Part shown: piece after piece, positions 38,796-48,522 of the stretch
How the letters are laid out: the number at the start of each line of letters is the position of its first letter
How positions within the stretch are numbered: the first letter of the stretch is position 1
Source: Nitrospirota bacterium
GTDB taxonomy: Bacteria; Nitrospirota; UBA9217
Assembly (NCBI GenBank): GCA_963737155.1
Contig: CAVTRN010000002.1
Coordinates: 2,464,001 to 2,528,000, forward strand
Direction: 5' to 3'
DNA length: 64,000 nucleotides
The notes under the pieces: generated by a model
The model's input: the letters and a program-made list of their open reading frames with translations, nothing else
Database searches by the model: none
Told to the model about the DNA's origin: nothing
Program-made: the position numbers and the translations under genes

Positions 38796-40946
38796 ATGTT
38801 GGCTTTCGACTATAGAATAAACAAAGAAGGCGTCGCTATCCTCACGTTCGACCTCCCCGAGTCTACCGTAAACAAACTCACCACTCCGGCCATGGAGGAG
38901 TTGAACAGACTCCTTGACGAGCTTGCCGGCAATAAGGAAATAAAAGCGCTTGTATTCCGGAGCGGCAAAGAAGGCAATTTTATCGTGGGCGCCGATATTG
39001 CGGAAATCAGGGACATCGCCGACTCGGAGTCCGGAGAGCGTCTTTCACGAAAAGGCCAAGCAGTCATGAGCAAGCTCGAAACCCTTCCATTCCCCACAGT
39101 TGCGGCCATCCACGGTCCCTGCATGGGAGGGGGGCTGGAACTTGCACTTTCCTGCACCTATCGCATAGTCAGCAACAACCAGAAGACCGCCCTCGCTCTT
39201 CCTGAAGTGAAGCTTGGAATAATCCCGGGCTTCGGCGGCACGCAGCGACTGCCACGCGTCACAGGGCTTGCAAACGCCCTCGACGTAATTCTGACGGGCA
39301 AGTCCGTATTCGCCCAAAAAGCACGGAAGATGGGCCTGGCCGATGAAGTCACCCATAAAGAAATCCTCCTCGACCGTGCCATTGCCCTGGCAATAAGAAT
39401 GATCAGCAAACCGCGGCCTGCCACCATCAGGGCAAAGAGGCCTCTCTTCATCCGTTTGCTTGAAAGCAATCCTCTGACGAGGACAATCATCTACCGGTCA
39501 GCGGAAAACTCCGTGCTTCGGGAAACGCGGGGGAATTACCCGGCCACGCTCGCTGCGCTAAAAGCGGTCCGCTACGGCATGGCACATGGTGGCGAAGCAG
39601 GATATGCGAATGAAGCAAAACTTCTCGGCAGTCTCATACCAACCGAAATTTCAAAAAATCTCATTTCCCTTTTCTATCTCCAGGAGATGCTCAAGAAAAA
39701 CACTCACTCCCCCTCTGTCATCATCCGAAACGCCGGTGTTCTCGGTGCAGGTGTCATGGGTGGCGGCATTGCCCAGCTCTTTGGAGAAAAAGGCATCGAG
39801 GTCCGCGTGAAGGACGTTAATACCGGGGCAGTCGCATCAGGCCTCAGGGAAGCGTGGAAGATCTTTAGGAAGCGGCGGGACAAGGGGGTTCTAACCATGA
39901 TCCAGGCGCGCGACGGCTTCGATCGGGTTTCGGGAATTACCGATTATTCGGGCTTTGGACAAGTTGATATAGCAGTCGAGGCGGTCGTCGAGGATATGAA
40001 CGTTAAAAAATCGGTGCTGCGCGATTTCGAAGCCGTCGCGAAAAACAATGCGATCTATGCTTCTAATACTTCTTCGCTCTCCATTACAGACCTGGCTCTT
40101 GCCTCGAAACGTCCTGAGAGCGTCGCAGGGATGCACTTTTTCAATCCCGTGGAGAAGATGCCGCTCGTTGAAGTAATCAGGGGTAAAAAAACCTCCGCGG
40201 AAACTGTTGCAACAATTGTCGCGCTTGCGCGCAGGCTTGGCAAGCTTCCAGTGATCGTCAATGACGGGCCGGGCTTTCTCGTAAACCGTATTCTCATGCC
40301 CTACCTGAATGAGGCAGCCACAATGCTTGACAAGGGAAACACAATTGAGAATATTGATAACGCCCTGCTCTCCTTCGGCATGCCTATGGGCGCTTTCATT
40401 CTGTTTGATGAAATCGGCATTGACGTTGCTCACAAAGTCGCAGATATTTTGGAACAGGGACTAGGTGACCGCGTCAAACCGTCGCCGCTGCTGGAAGCCT
40501 TATATACGGGAGGCTACTACGGAAAGAAGAACGGAAAGGGATTTTATCAATATGAGGGGAGAAAACGCAGGGGACCTGATCTATCCATTTATACCAGGAT
40601 ACCGGAGAGATCAGGCAGTGACGGAAAGATCGGCCCGGAAGAGATCGTTGACAGGGCTGTGCTCCTTATGATAAAGGAAGCGGCGCTCTGTCTTGAAGAG
40701 AATATCATTGACCGGCCCGACCTTCTCGATGGAGCGCTTATTTTCGGCATCGGGTTTCCTCCTTTCCGAGGCGGCCTGCTCAGGTATGCGGACAAACTCG
40801 GCGCGAAAACCATTGTTAACAAACTTGAAAGTTACGCACAGAAATATGGCGAACGGTTCATGCCGACTAAGTTTCTCATGGAAATGGCAAAGACAGGTCG
40901 GGGTTTTTACGAAACGGCGGGCATGGAGAGGCTAAAGACGGCTTGA
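38796..40946 (+). CDS. fadJ: Fatty-acid oxidation complex alpha subunit (enoyl-CoA hydratase/3-hydroxyacyl-CoA dehydrogenase, FadJ-like)
   Basis: GADIAE, GGGLELAL, LPEVKLG, GAGVMGGG, SNTSSL, GMHFFNPV, PGFLVNRIL. Confidence 0.9.
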   Translation: MLAFDYRINKEGVAILTFDLPESTVNKLTTPAMEELNRLLDELAGNKEIKALVFRSGKEGNFIVGADIAEIRDIADSESGERLSRKGQAVMSKLETLPFPTVAAIHGPCMGGGLELALSCTYRIVSNNQKTALALPEVKLGIIPGFGGTQRLPRVTGLANALDVILTGKSVFAQKARKMGLADEVTHKEILLDRAIALAIRMISKPRPATIRAKRPLFIRLLESNPLTRTIIYRSAENSVLRETRGNYPATLAALKAVRYGMAHGGEAGYANEAKLLGSLIPTEISKNLISLFYLQEMLKKNTHSPSVIIRNAGVLGAGVMGGGIAQLFGEKGIEVRVKDVNTGAVASGLREAWKIFRKRRDKGVLTMIQARDGFDRVSGITDYSGFGQVDIAVEAVVEDMNVKKSVLRDFEAVAKNNAIYASNTSSLSITDLALASKRPESVAGMHFFNPVEKMPLVEVIRGKKTSAETVATIVALARRLGKLPVIVNDGPGFLVNRILMPYLNEAATMLDKGNTIENIDNALLSFGMPMGAFILFDEIGIDVAHKVADILEQGLGDRVKPSPLLEALYTGGYYGKKNGKGFYQYEGRKRRGPDLSIYTRIPERSGSDGKIGPEEIVDRAVLLMIKEAALCLEENIIDRPDLLDGALIFGIGFPPFRGGLLRYADKLGAKTIVNKLESYAQKYGERFMPTKFLMEMAKTGRGFYETAGMERLKTA

Positions 40947-41399
40947 TTTACGAACGACCGTAGCAAGTGCGCAAACACTGGCAAGCCACCGAGAAGTTCT
41001 TCCCGAATATTATGAATTTTTATAGAAAAATGATTCTAACGATAAGCACGCTTTGGGCTGTGCCGACGATCCCGCGAAATAGGGATTCGAAGAAAGTAAG
41101 CCCGAAGCCATCATGACAGCGCGCAGAAATTTGTCCTCTGTTTGGAATTTTTGATGGGGAAAAGACTACAGTCCTTATCTATCCACTGCATTAGAGGGAC
41201 GCAGCGTGACTAGAAATATCTTTTGGCAGGGATGGACTGGGCCCGTTTCAGCCCCTGTTTTTCTGTTCTCCATCAAGTCTTCATTTCGATACGATGGAAT
41301 CGCTGCTAACTTAAGATCAAGGATGCCCATAAAAATTCACTAACAGACCTTCGATCTCCTTCATCCGCAATCCCGGCCCTGCATGCCTGTTATAACGGC

Positions 41400-41585
41400 T
41401 CATCCCTGTTCGATTGAAATGGCATAGTATGGACAGACAGTGAGTATCCCCTTGAACTTTTCAGCGTCAAACATTTCGGCATTGATGATCCATGCCTTTT
41501 CATCGCGCATCTCGAAAAACATAGGAAACGCTTCGGCGCATCCTCCGCATCCCTGACACAAGCCATAATCGATATTCGGAACCAT
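41400..41585 (-). CDS. Single-cluster ferredoxin
   Basis: CQGCGGC...CPYYAI, 61 aa. Confidence 0.8.
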   Translation of the reverse strand: MVPNIDYGLCQGCGGCAEAFPMFFEMRDEKAWIINAEMFDAEKFKGILTVCPYYAISIEQG

Positions 41586-41780
41586 CCCGTACCTCGTTTT
41601 TTTCACAAATTTGAACGTCAACGAGAGGATAATACCACGAAGGTCGAAGATTTGGAAAGATAATAAACTGTATTGCAATGGGTCCGTTGGAGAAAATTGC
41701 TTCCGTCATCGCATCATCGATGACGGAAGACTAAGCGATTGCGGAGAAAACTGCGAGCCGGAGCTTTTCGCATCCTAATG

Positions 41781-42248
41781 CTACGTAGTGACTGCCTCGC
41801 GAGTATATTCGTTTCCGGCGATATAATTCTCAAGGTCATTTATCGCCGCTGACTGCTCTGAGATGACCGCATTGACCACATCGCCGATGCTCACAACTCC
41901 CATGAGCACTCCGTCATTGATGACTGGCAGATGGCGGATATGATTTTCAGTCATAAGAATCATGCAATCCCGTAATGACGTCTGGGAACCAATGGTTATC
42001 GGTGGGCTGCTCATTAGCTCCCGGACTTTCGTATTCTTCGATGATTTCCCTTTTAGGATCACTTTACGCGCATAATCCCGTTCCGAGAAAACCCCCGCGA
42101 GTTTGCCACCCTCTACGACGAGCAAAGCGCCAACGTTTTTTTCTGCCATAATCTCGAGGGCATCATACGCTGTTGCTTCCGGACCAACTGCATGAAAACC
42201 ATGCCCTTTTGCCTTAAGCACCTGAACAACGGTAATGGATGCGTACAT
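41781..42248 (-). CDS. CBS domain pair protein
   Basis: MAEKNVGALLV, GVFSERDYARKV, HIRHLPV, GVVSIGDVV. Confidence 0.92.
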   Translation of the reverse strand: MYASITVVQVLKAKGHGFHAVGPEATAYDALEIMAEKNVGALLVVEGGKLAGVFSERDYARKVILKGKSSKNTKVRELMSSPPITIGSQTSLRDCMILMTENHIRHLPVINDGVLMGVVSIGDVVNAVISEQSAAINDLENYIAGNEYTREAVTT

Positions 42249-42274
42249 AAAATTGCCTCCTTTCGTAAAGTAAT

Positions 42275-42375
42275 AAAGCCGAGCGACCTGAAGACCTTAA
42301 TCCTCGGAACCTCGGCTCTTCCCCCCCAGGGAGCCTACCCCTGACATCGCCTCTTTCTGCACGGAGTTCGGCTTC
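42275..42375 (-). ncRNA. Candidate structured cis-regulatory leader (riboswitch-like) of the CBS gene
   Basis: Two alternative hairpins between promoter and SD: AGCCGAAC...GGGGTAGGCT and GAGCCGAGGTTCC...AGGTCGCTCGGCTT; family not identified. Confidence 0.45.
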
Positions 42376-42402
42376 TTTCGATTCTAGTAGTATATTAACT
42401 AA

Positions 42403-42431
42403 TCTATAACATTCGGTTTAGCTGCTGTCAA
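42403..42431 (-). promoter_or_regulatory. sigma70-like promoter upstream of the CBS leader
   Basis: TTGACA-17 nt-TATAGA with extended TG. Confidence 0.55.
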
Positions 42432-42970
42432 ATTCTATTTCTGAAAGCAGATGATCTAAAGCTGTTTTTTGAACCTTCCTGTGATTTGTCCAATGCCAAT
42501 GCAATCATTTTATGTCAACGAAACATGGAAACGAGAAATTTAAATCGCTGACAAGTCAAAACGGGTAGCCGGGGAATAATGTCTTACAACACCATTGTTG
42601 ACCTTATCATGAGATCGTAGTTACCAAAACGCACCTGGGTTAAAAACAATTGAAATAGTATATTTTATTGAGGAATAGGAACATAAGTGCGTGGAAAGCA
42701 CAGAAAAAGAAGGTTTTAAGGGAGTTAGCTGCAACTAATTCTCTACATCGCTCCTGGAGCAAATAAGTATTCCTATAGTAATGTATGCTTGTTACAGACC
42801 GCGGTCAACCGGCTTGCCCGGATAAATACCAAACCCGCGATGTCAGTTCATATAAGTAACAAAAATCGCTGCCCTATTTGCGAACAAAATCAGCGACTTT
42901 CAGCAGCAACAGAATCTGATTCAGAAAACCTCGGCCGTCAGGCTTGGGAGTATGTCAACACACGGGTGAC

Positions 42971-43753
42971 TCATCCCTCGAAACCCATGCCGTAACCACG
43001 GTTATGATCCATACCGCTGAACACGATCTTGCCGACATATTCTTTCAACTCATCCGATGCCCTAAGGGCTGCCTGGATTACCGATGGATCGTAAACCGAA
43101 CCCGCTACCGTGATGATTTCCTCCATTGCTTCTTCGAAAGGCAGCGCCTTACGATAGGGGCGGGTGACCGTAAGGGCATCGAGGGCGTCTGCAATGGCAA
43201 AAACTCTGGCTCCATGTGGAATTGCATCTCCCTTCAGACCACGCGGATAGCCTGATCCGTCGAAGTGTTCGTGATGGCTTCTAATGATTTCAGCAGCCCG
43301 TGAAAAGTAGCCGATGTGCCCGATGATCCGGTAGCCGATATCAGGATGCTTGCGCATTACCGCCTGTTCTTCGAAGTTCAGGGGACCAGACTTGTGCAGC
43401 ACGGCGTCGGGGACACCTATCTTTCCGATGTCATGGAGCAGAGCGCCGCAATACAGGTCAACGATGTCGCGTCCTCTCACGCCGTAGGCATTTGCGATGA
43501 TGAGCGAGAATTCGGTAACACGCAAGGAGTGGTTCCCTACTTCGTGCTCACGGGCATCAATGGCATTCACAAATGCCTCAAGAGTCACCAGATAAGCCAT
43601 ATCAATATGGTGAACGACTCCCTCCAGGTATGTGTCGTTGAAATAGCAGTTCCCGCAGCGGAAGGTCCCGTCCGGCCTCATGAAGTACTGGTTTTCGGCA
43701 ATCGTATTGCCGCAATTCGGGCACGTATGGATATTCGACTGTTCATCGGTCAT
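42971..43753 (-). CDS. HD-GYP cyclic-dinucleotide phosphodiesterase with N-terminal Zn-finger
   Basis: CPNC...CGNC; HSLRV, LLHDIGK, HHEHFDGSGYP, RPYR. Confidence 0.88.
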   Translation of the reverse strand: MTDEQSNIHTCPNCGNTIAENQYFMRPDGTFRCGNCYFNDTYLEGVVHHIDMAYLVTLEAFVNAIDAREHEVGNHSLRVTEFSLIIANAYGVRGRDIVDLYCGALLHDIGKIGVPDAVLHKSGPLNFEEQAVMRKHPDIGYRIIGHIGYFSRAAEIIRSHHEHFDGSGYPRGLKGDAIPHGARVFAIADALDALTVTRPYRKALPFEEAMEEIITVAGSVYDPSVIQAALRASDELKEYVGKIVFSGMDHNRGYGMGFEG

Positions 43754-43973
43754 AATTTGAAGGTATCAGCACGCATGCTCGTTGTTAATGGTAATATATT
43801 CACGTGAGGTTAACACTCTTGAGTAATGTTCAGAGTTTAAAACATCAAAGCCACTGATCCATGATGGTAAAAACAGGTGTCGGCTTAAGAATCTTCCTTA
43901 TCCTTACTCGATTGCCATCAGGCCGAGTAATTAAATTTCGTATGCCATCCGAACTGGACGGTTAGGTGGGCGT

Positions 43974-44753
43974 TCAGGAAGTGCAGACTGTTCCTGGAAC
44001 GAATCCATTTCCGGAGAAAAGGTCTTTGGCCAGCTTCTGAAAATAGGGACATTTCTCTTCCCTGCAGCCATGAGAAGGTTTTTCGCTGTGTTTGCAGACG
44101 ATCGCGTAGTCCTTGACCGGTAGCAGAATTCCGAAACGCTCACCAAAGAAGGCAACCGCTTCGCGCAACCCGGCCCGCACGTATGCCTTGCAGCAGCTCG
44201 GTCCGGTAAGGGCTGACAAGGCCTGCATGACTCTGATTACACCCTCCATGACAATCTTTTGTTCTCTGTCAGATCCGCATCGTGCGCCGAGATAGACAGA
44301 GAAGCAAGCTCCCAGGGCTGGCGCGATGCCGCAGACGCCGGTGAGGCCGCAGTATCCTCCCACAGCCTGTTTTGTGGTCCGATCGAACACTTCCCTGACC
44401 GCAGCGTTTGAGATATGCCCGTCTCCATATGGTGAATTCTTGAGGGCCGCGATGAGAGCTCCGGCGGCGATGAAGGCATGTTCGCACCCAAGCATGGGGA
44501 GGCCCGGATGGCTGATCATCAATTCAGCCATGGCAAGCGGGTCGTTTTCCCGGCTGATGCAGACAATCTGTTCAATCATGTTCCGTGCCTCTAACCCATG
44601 GCAGGCGTCGCAAACAAAATGCCCTGCGGTACAGACGACATGCCCCTGCTGAGCTTTGTTACAATAGATGCATATACGGCCCTCCGCCCGATTCAGGTAT
44701 TCAAGGGCCGAACCACAGACCATGCATTTCTCGGTATGCTTGTAGACCGGCAT
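43974..44753 (-). CDS. Cys-rich DUF5714-like protein
   Basis: CMVCGS.LEY, C.AGHFVCDACH, GCEH, GGYCG..GVCG, GPSCCK. Confidence 0.7.
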   Translation of the reverse strand: MPVYKHTEKCMVCGSALEYLNRAEGRICIYCNKAQQGHVVCTAGHFVCDACHGLEARNMIEQIVCISRENDPLAMAELMISHPGLPMLGCEHAFIAAGALIAALKNSPYGDGHISNAAVREVFDRTTKQAVGGYCGLTGVCGIAPALGACFSVYLGARCGSDREQKIVMEGVIRVMQALSALTGPSCCKAYVRAGLREAVAFFGERFGILLPVKDYAIVCKHSEKPSHGCREEKCPYFQKLAKDLFSGNGFVPGTVCTS

Positions 44754-44922
44754 GGCAATTTTATACCACTTCTCGTGGCTATTTGCAATTTCGGCACTTT
44801 TTTGTTTCCCGGCTCCCTTGACTTTGCATGTCCGTTTACGCTATTCTTGCTATTAATAAGTGTTAAGCATTCTGACTCGCCATTTTCATTCCAAAACACA
44901 AAAGGAAAGGCTGATTTTAGCA

Positions 44923-45708
44923 ATGCGCAGACTATACTTTCTTCTGCCTCTGTTTTTACTGTTGCCACATTTAGGCCTGTGCCATGAATCAGAGGTAACA
45001 CGGGCGGATATTGGGATTGATGAAAAACTCGGGCAATACATTCCGGCAGACCTAGTCTTTGTTGATGAAAACGGCAAAAGCATTAATCTCATAAACATGA
45101 TTGACAAGCCGACGATCATTGCTCCCGTTTATTTCAGCTGCACACATGAATGCCCCATGCTTCTGAATGGCCTCGCCGACGTTCTCGGCAAGATGGAACT
45201 TGTCAGACCCGGCAGGGATTTTCAAGTGATAGCCCTTAGTTTCGACGATCAAGATACACCGGCCGTCGCGCACGGCAAAAAAAAGAATTATATAAAGGCC
45301 ATTGGCCACCCGTTCCCCGAAAACGCATGGAATTTTCTGACAGGGACCGAATCCAACATAAAAAAGTTCACTGATTCCATCGGCTTTAAGTTTCAGATGG
45401 ACAGCGCTCACGATTTTTCTCATCCTGTCACTCTCGTCGTCATTGCGCCAGGCGGAAAAATCGTACGATATATAGAAGGCGTCAATTTTCTTCCCTTTGA
45501 AGTGACCATGGCATTGAACGAAGCGGCATCGGGTCAGGTGGGCTTAACTACCCGCAAAGTTCTTCTCTATTGCTTCAGCTATGATCCACTAAAAAAAACT
45601 TACGTGTTCAATATATTAAAAGTCACCGGAATCGTAATGATCCTATTCGTCGGATCATTTTTCATATATCTTATGACCTCGGCAAAAAAAGACGAAAAGT
45701 TTAATTAG
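44923..45708 (+). CDS. SCO1/SenC copper chaperone
   Basis: YFSCTHECP CxxxC motif, FSHP; first gene of cox operon. Confidence 0.88.
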   Translation: MRRLYFLLPLFLLLPHLGLCHESEVTRADIGIDEKLGQYIPADLVFVDENGKSINLINMIDKPTIIAPVYFSCTHECPMLLNGLADVLGKMELVRPGRDFQVIALSFDDQDTPAVAHGKKKNYIKAIGHPFPENAWNFLTGTESNIKKFTDSIGFKFQMDSAHDFSHPVTLVVIAPGGKIVRYIEGVNFLPFEVTMALNEAASGQVGLTTRKVLLYCFSYDPLKKTYVFNILKVTGIVMILFVGSFFIYLMTSAKKDEKFN

Positions 45709-45800
45709 TTTTTTTAAAACGCGTTCAGGCCCGATAAAAGCTCGTAGCGCAATACTATAAAACACGAAACTTGAAACCAGTTTTTGGGAGAAAAGCAAGC

Positions 45801-47387
45801 ATGGGAGTAAGCTTTTACCACGCGAAAACGAAATATCCCGGCATCTTCGGCTGGCTATTCACAACCGACCACAAGCGGATCGGCCTCCTGTACCTCATCT
45901 CAACGCTGTCCTTCTTTGTTGTTGGGGTGTGCCTGGGTCTCACCATGCGGCTCGAACTCATCCGGTCGGGCATGCACATCATCTCCGCGCAGGCTTATAA
46001 CGCCATTTTCACCATCCACGGAGTGGTCATGGTCTTCCTTTTTATTATCCCGGGAATTCCCGCTTCGCTCGGCAACTTCATCATGCCCCTCCAGATCGGC
46101 GCGCGCGACGTGGCCTTCCCGAAGATCAACATCCTTTCATGGTGGCTGTTCATCACTGGCGGAGCGGTGGTCGTCACGTCCCTCTTTACGGGCGGCGGAG
46201 CGGTGGACACGGGCTGGACCTTCTATATCCCCTACAGTATCCGGACCGGGACGAATGTATCACTTGCGGTTTTCGGCGTGTTCCTGATCGGCCTTTCGTC
46301 CACGCTCACGGGGATGAATTTCCTCACAACTATCTTCCGGCTCAGAGCCCCCGGGATGACCTGGAAACGGATGACGCTATTCACCTGGGCCATTTACGCA
46401 ACATCCTGGATCCAACTGCTGGCCACGCCAGTCTTGGCCATCACGCTCGTGCTTATCATCATAGAACGGTTCTTCGGTGTGGGCTTCTTTGATCCGGCCA
46501 AGGGCGGCGACCCCATTCTCTTCGAGCACATGTTCTGGATCTACTCGCACCCGGCCGTCTACATCATGATCGTGCCCGCCATGGGCGCGGTCACCGATAT
46601 CATCCCCGTGTTCACCCGGAAGAACATTTTTGGGTACACGGCCATCGCCGCATCGAGCCTGGCCATTGCTTTCGTAGGCTACCTCGTCTGGGGACATCAT
46701 ATGTTCACGAGCGGCATGAGCGACACAGCCCGAATCATATTCTCATTCCTTACCTTCCTCGTCGCCGTTCCCAGCGGTGTCAAGGTCTACAGCTGGATCG
46801 CAAGCTTATATAAGGGCTCGATTACCCTCGGCGCTCCGTTGCTCTATACGCTCAGTTTCATATTCCTGTTCTCGATCGGCGGACTAACCGGCCTCATACA
46901 AGGCGCACTGGATACAAATCTCCATGTCCACGGCACCTACTTCATCGTAGCCCACTTCCATTACGTCATTTTCGGTGGAGCAGTCATGGGTTTCTTCGCT
47001 GGCCTCCATTACTGGTATCCCAAGATGTTTGGAAGGATGTATGAAGAGCATCTTGCAAAACTCGCGTGGGTCTTTCTTTTTATCGGTTTCAACATGCTAT
47101 ACTTCTCCATGTTCATTCTTGGTTGGGAAGGCATGCCGCGGCGCTACTACGATTATCTTCCCCGGTTTAATGGACCGAACCTGGTCTCGACTATTGGTTC
47201 CTGGGTCCTCGCCATGGGACTGATCATCATGTTCTATAATCTGATTCATTCGCTTTTCGCGGGCGCAAAAGCGGGGGACAACCCTTGGGGCGCGGCATCG
47301 CTCGAATGGCAAACCTCTTCCCCACCGCCATCAGATAATTTCGAGGATATCCCAGTGGTCACGAAGGGACCGTATGATTTTCAATAA
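45801..47387 (+). CDS. ctaD: Heme-copper cytochrome c oxidase subunit I, type A2
   Basis: TDHKRIG, HGVVM, GWTFY, FWIYSHPAVY (YS motif of A2), VWGHHM, HFHY, PRRY. Confidence 0.95.
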   Translation: MGVSFYHAKTKYPGIFGWLFTTDHKRIGLLYLISTLSFFVVGVCLGLTMRLELIRSGMHIISAQAYNAIFTIHGVVMVFLFIIPGIPASLGNFIMPLQIGARDVAFPKINILSWWLFITGGAVVVTSLFTGGGAVDTGWTFYIPYSIRTGTNVSLAVFGVFLIGLSSTLTGMNFLTTIFRLRAPGMTWKRMTLFTWAIYATSWIQLLATPVLAITLVLIIIERFFGVGFFDPAKGGDPILFEHMFWIYSHPAVYIMIVPAMGAVTDIIPVFTRKNIFGYTAIAASSLAIAFVGYLVWGHHMFTSGMSDTARIIFSFLTFLVAVPSGVKVYSWIASLYKGSITLGAPLLYTLSFIFLFSIGGLTGLIQGALDTNLHVHGTYFIVAHFHYVIFGGAVMGFFAGLHYWYPKMFGRMYEEHLAKLAWVFLFIGFNMLYFSMFILGWEGMPRRYYDYLPRFNGPNLVSTIGSWVLAMGLIIMFYNLIHSLFAGAKAGDNPWGAASLEWQTSSPPPSDNFEDIPVVTKGPYDFQ

Positions 47388-47464
47388 CACTTAAGAGTTG
47401 AATGTTCCTCGTGCCTTGGAAGGCATGACGCAAATTTCACCATCAACAAGGATATTTTTTTGTT

Positions 47465-48076
47465 ATGAACGAAACCACTCATATAGAACATCGCGATTAT
47501 GTTGGTGCAAAGCTTGGTATGTGGCTTTTTTTGTTCACCGAAATCCTGCTTTTCGGCGGCATGTTCCTCGTCTATTCGGCCTACCGTGAGGTCAACACAG
47601 CCGATTTCCATGAAGCGGGGAAGGAAATGATCGTGACCATCGGAGCCGTGAATACTCTCATCCTGCTGACCAGCAGCCTGACCATGGCACTTTCAATTTC
47701 AGCCATCAAGCGTGCTGCAAAAATGCGCTCTATCCTTTTTCAGGCCGTTACCATCATCCTTGGGATCGCGTTTCTCGTAAATAAATATTTCGAATGGTCT
47801 GATCATATCCGGCACGGTTTCTACCCTGACTCGCCTAAACTTCTGGCCATGAGCCACGGAAAGATTCTTTTCTTCGGCTTGTATTACGTCATGACGGGCA
47901 TTCACGCCCTGCATGTCCTGATCGGGATAAGCATCATAGGCGTTATCTTGATTATGACGCTTCGCGACAGCGTGTCAGGAACGGATTATGTTAAACTGGA
48001 GAACGCGGGACTTTTCTGGCACCTCGTCGATGTTATCTGGATTTATTTGTTCCCGCTGTTCTACTTGATATTGTAA
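47465..48076 (+). CDS. ctaE: Cytochrome c oxidase subunit III
   Basis: GMWLFLFTE, TGIHALHV, FWHLVDVIW. Confidence 0.93.
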   Translation: MNETTHIEHRDYVGAKLGMWLFLFTEILLFGGMFLVYSAYREVNTADFHEAGKEMIVTIGAVNTLILLTSSLTMALSISAIKRAAKMRSILFQAVTIILGIAFLVNKYFEWSDHIRHGFYPDSPKLLAMSHGKILFFGLYYVMTGIHALHVLIGISIIGVILIMTLRDSVSGTDYVKLENAGLFWHLVDVIWIYLFPLFYLIL

Positions 48077-48084
48077 TTTATTAT

Positions 48085-48157
48085 GTAGCCGCGGATTTGG
48101 CCCGCACGGATTTTAAAGTTGCCGTCATGGAGAAATCGTGGGCTGAAGCCTGCCTAC
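48085..48157. repeat. Degenerate GTAG-type REP doublet inside cox operon
   Basis: GTAGCCGCGGATTTGGCCCGC ... GTGGGCTGAAGCCTGCCTAC in inverted arrangement. Confidence 0.4.
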
Positions 48158-48167
48158 GGAAAAAATC

Positions 48168-48458
48168 ATGGAACAAAAACAGGAAGAACGGACTCACGTG
48201 CCGACCCAAGTATTTGTAATCGTCTGGATCGTCTTGATTTGCTTAACAGGATTGACGATCAAGGCGGCGCAAATGAAAATGGGTGAATGGAGCATGGTGG
48301 CCAATATCGTCATCGCTTCAACCAAGGCAAGCCTGGTGCTCTGGTTTTTCATGCACCTCAAGTATGAAAAAAGAGTATTTAAACTGTTGATCTTTGTCCC
48401 GTTTATTACAGTCTCGATCATCATCGTGTTGACATTCTTCGATATCTGGTACCGATAA
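48168..48458 (+). CDS. Cytochrome c oxidase subunit IV
   Basis: IASTKASLVLWFFMHLKYE motif. Confidence 0.88.
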   Translation: MEQKQEERTHVPTQVFVIVWIVLICLTGLTIKAAQMKMGEWSMVANIVIASTKASLVLWFFMHLKYEKRVFKLLIFVPFITVSIIIVLTFFDIWYR

Positions 48459-48522
48459 TCATGTCATTCTGGATATATAATGGTCTTCCGAACTTTGAAC
48501 TCTGAACTTCTATAGGTGGATT

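Noticed and set aside
40950-41400. Possible gene remnant after fadJ
   Set aside because: Multiple stops and no identifiable family
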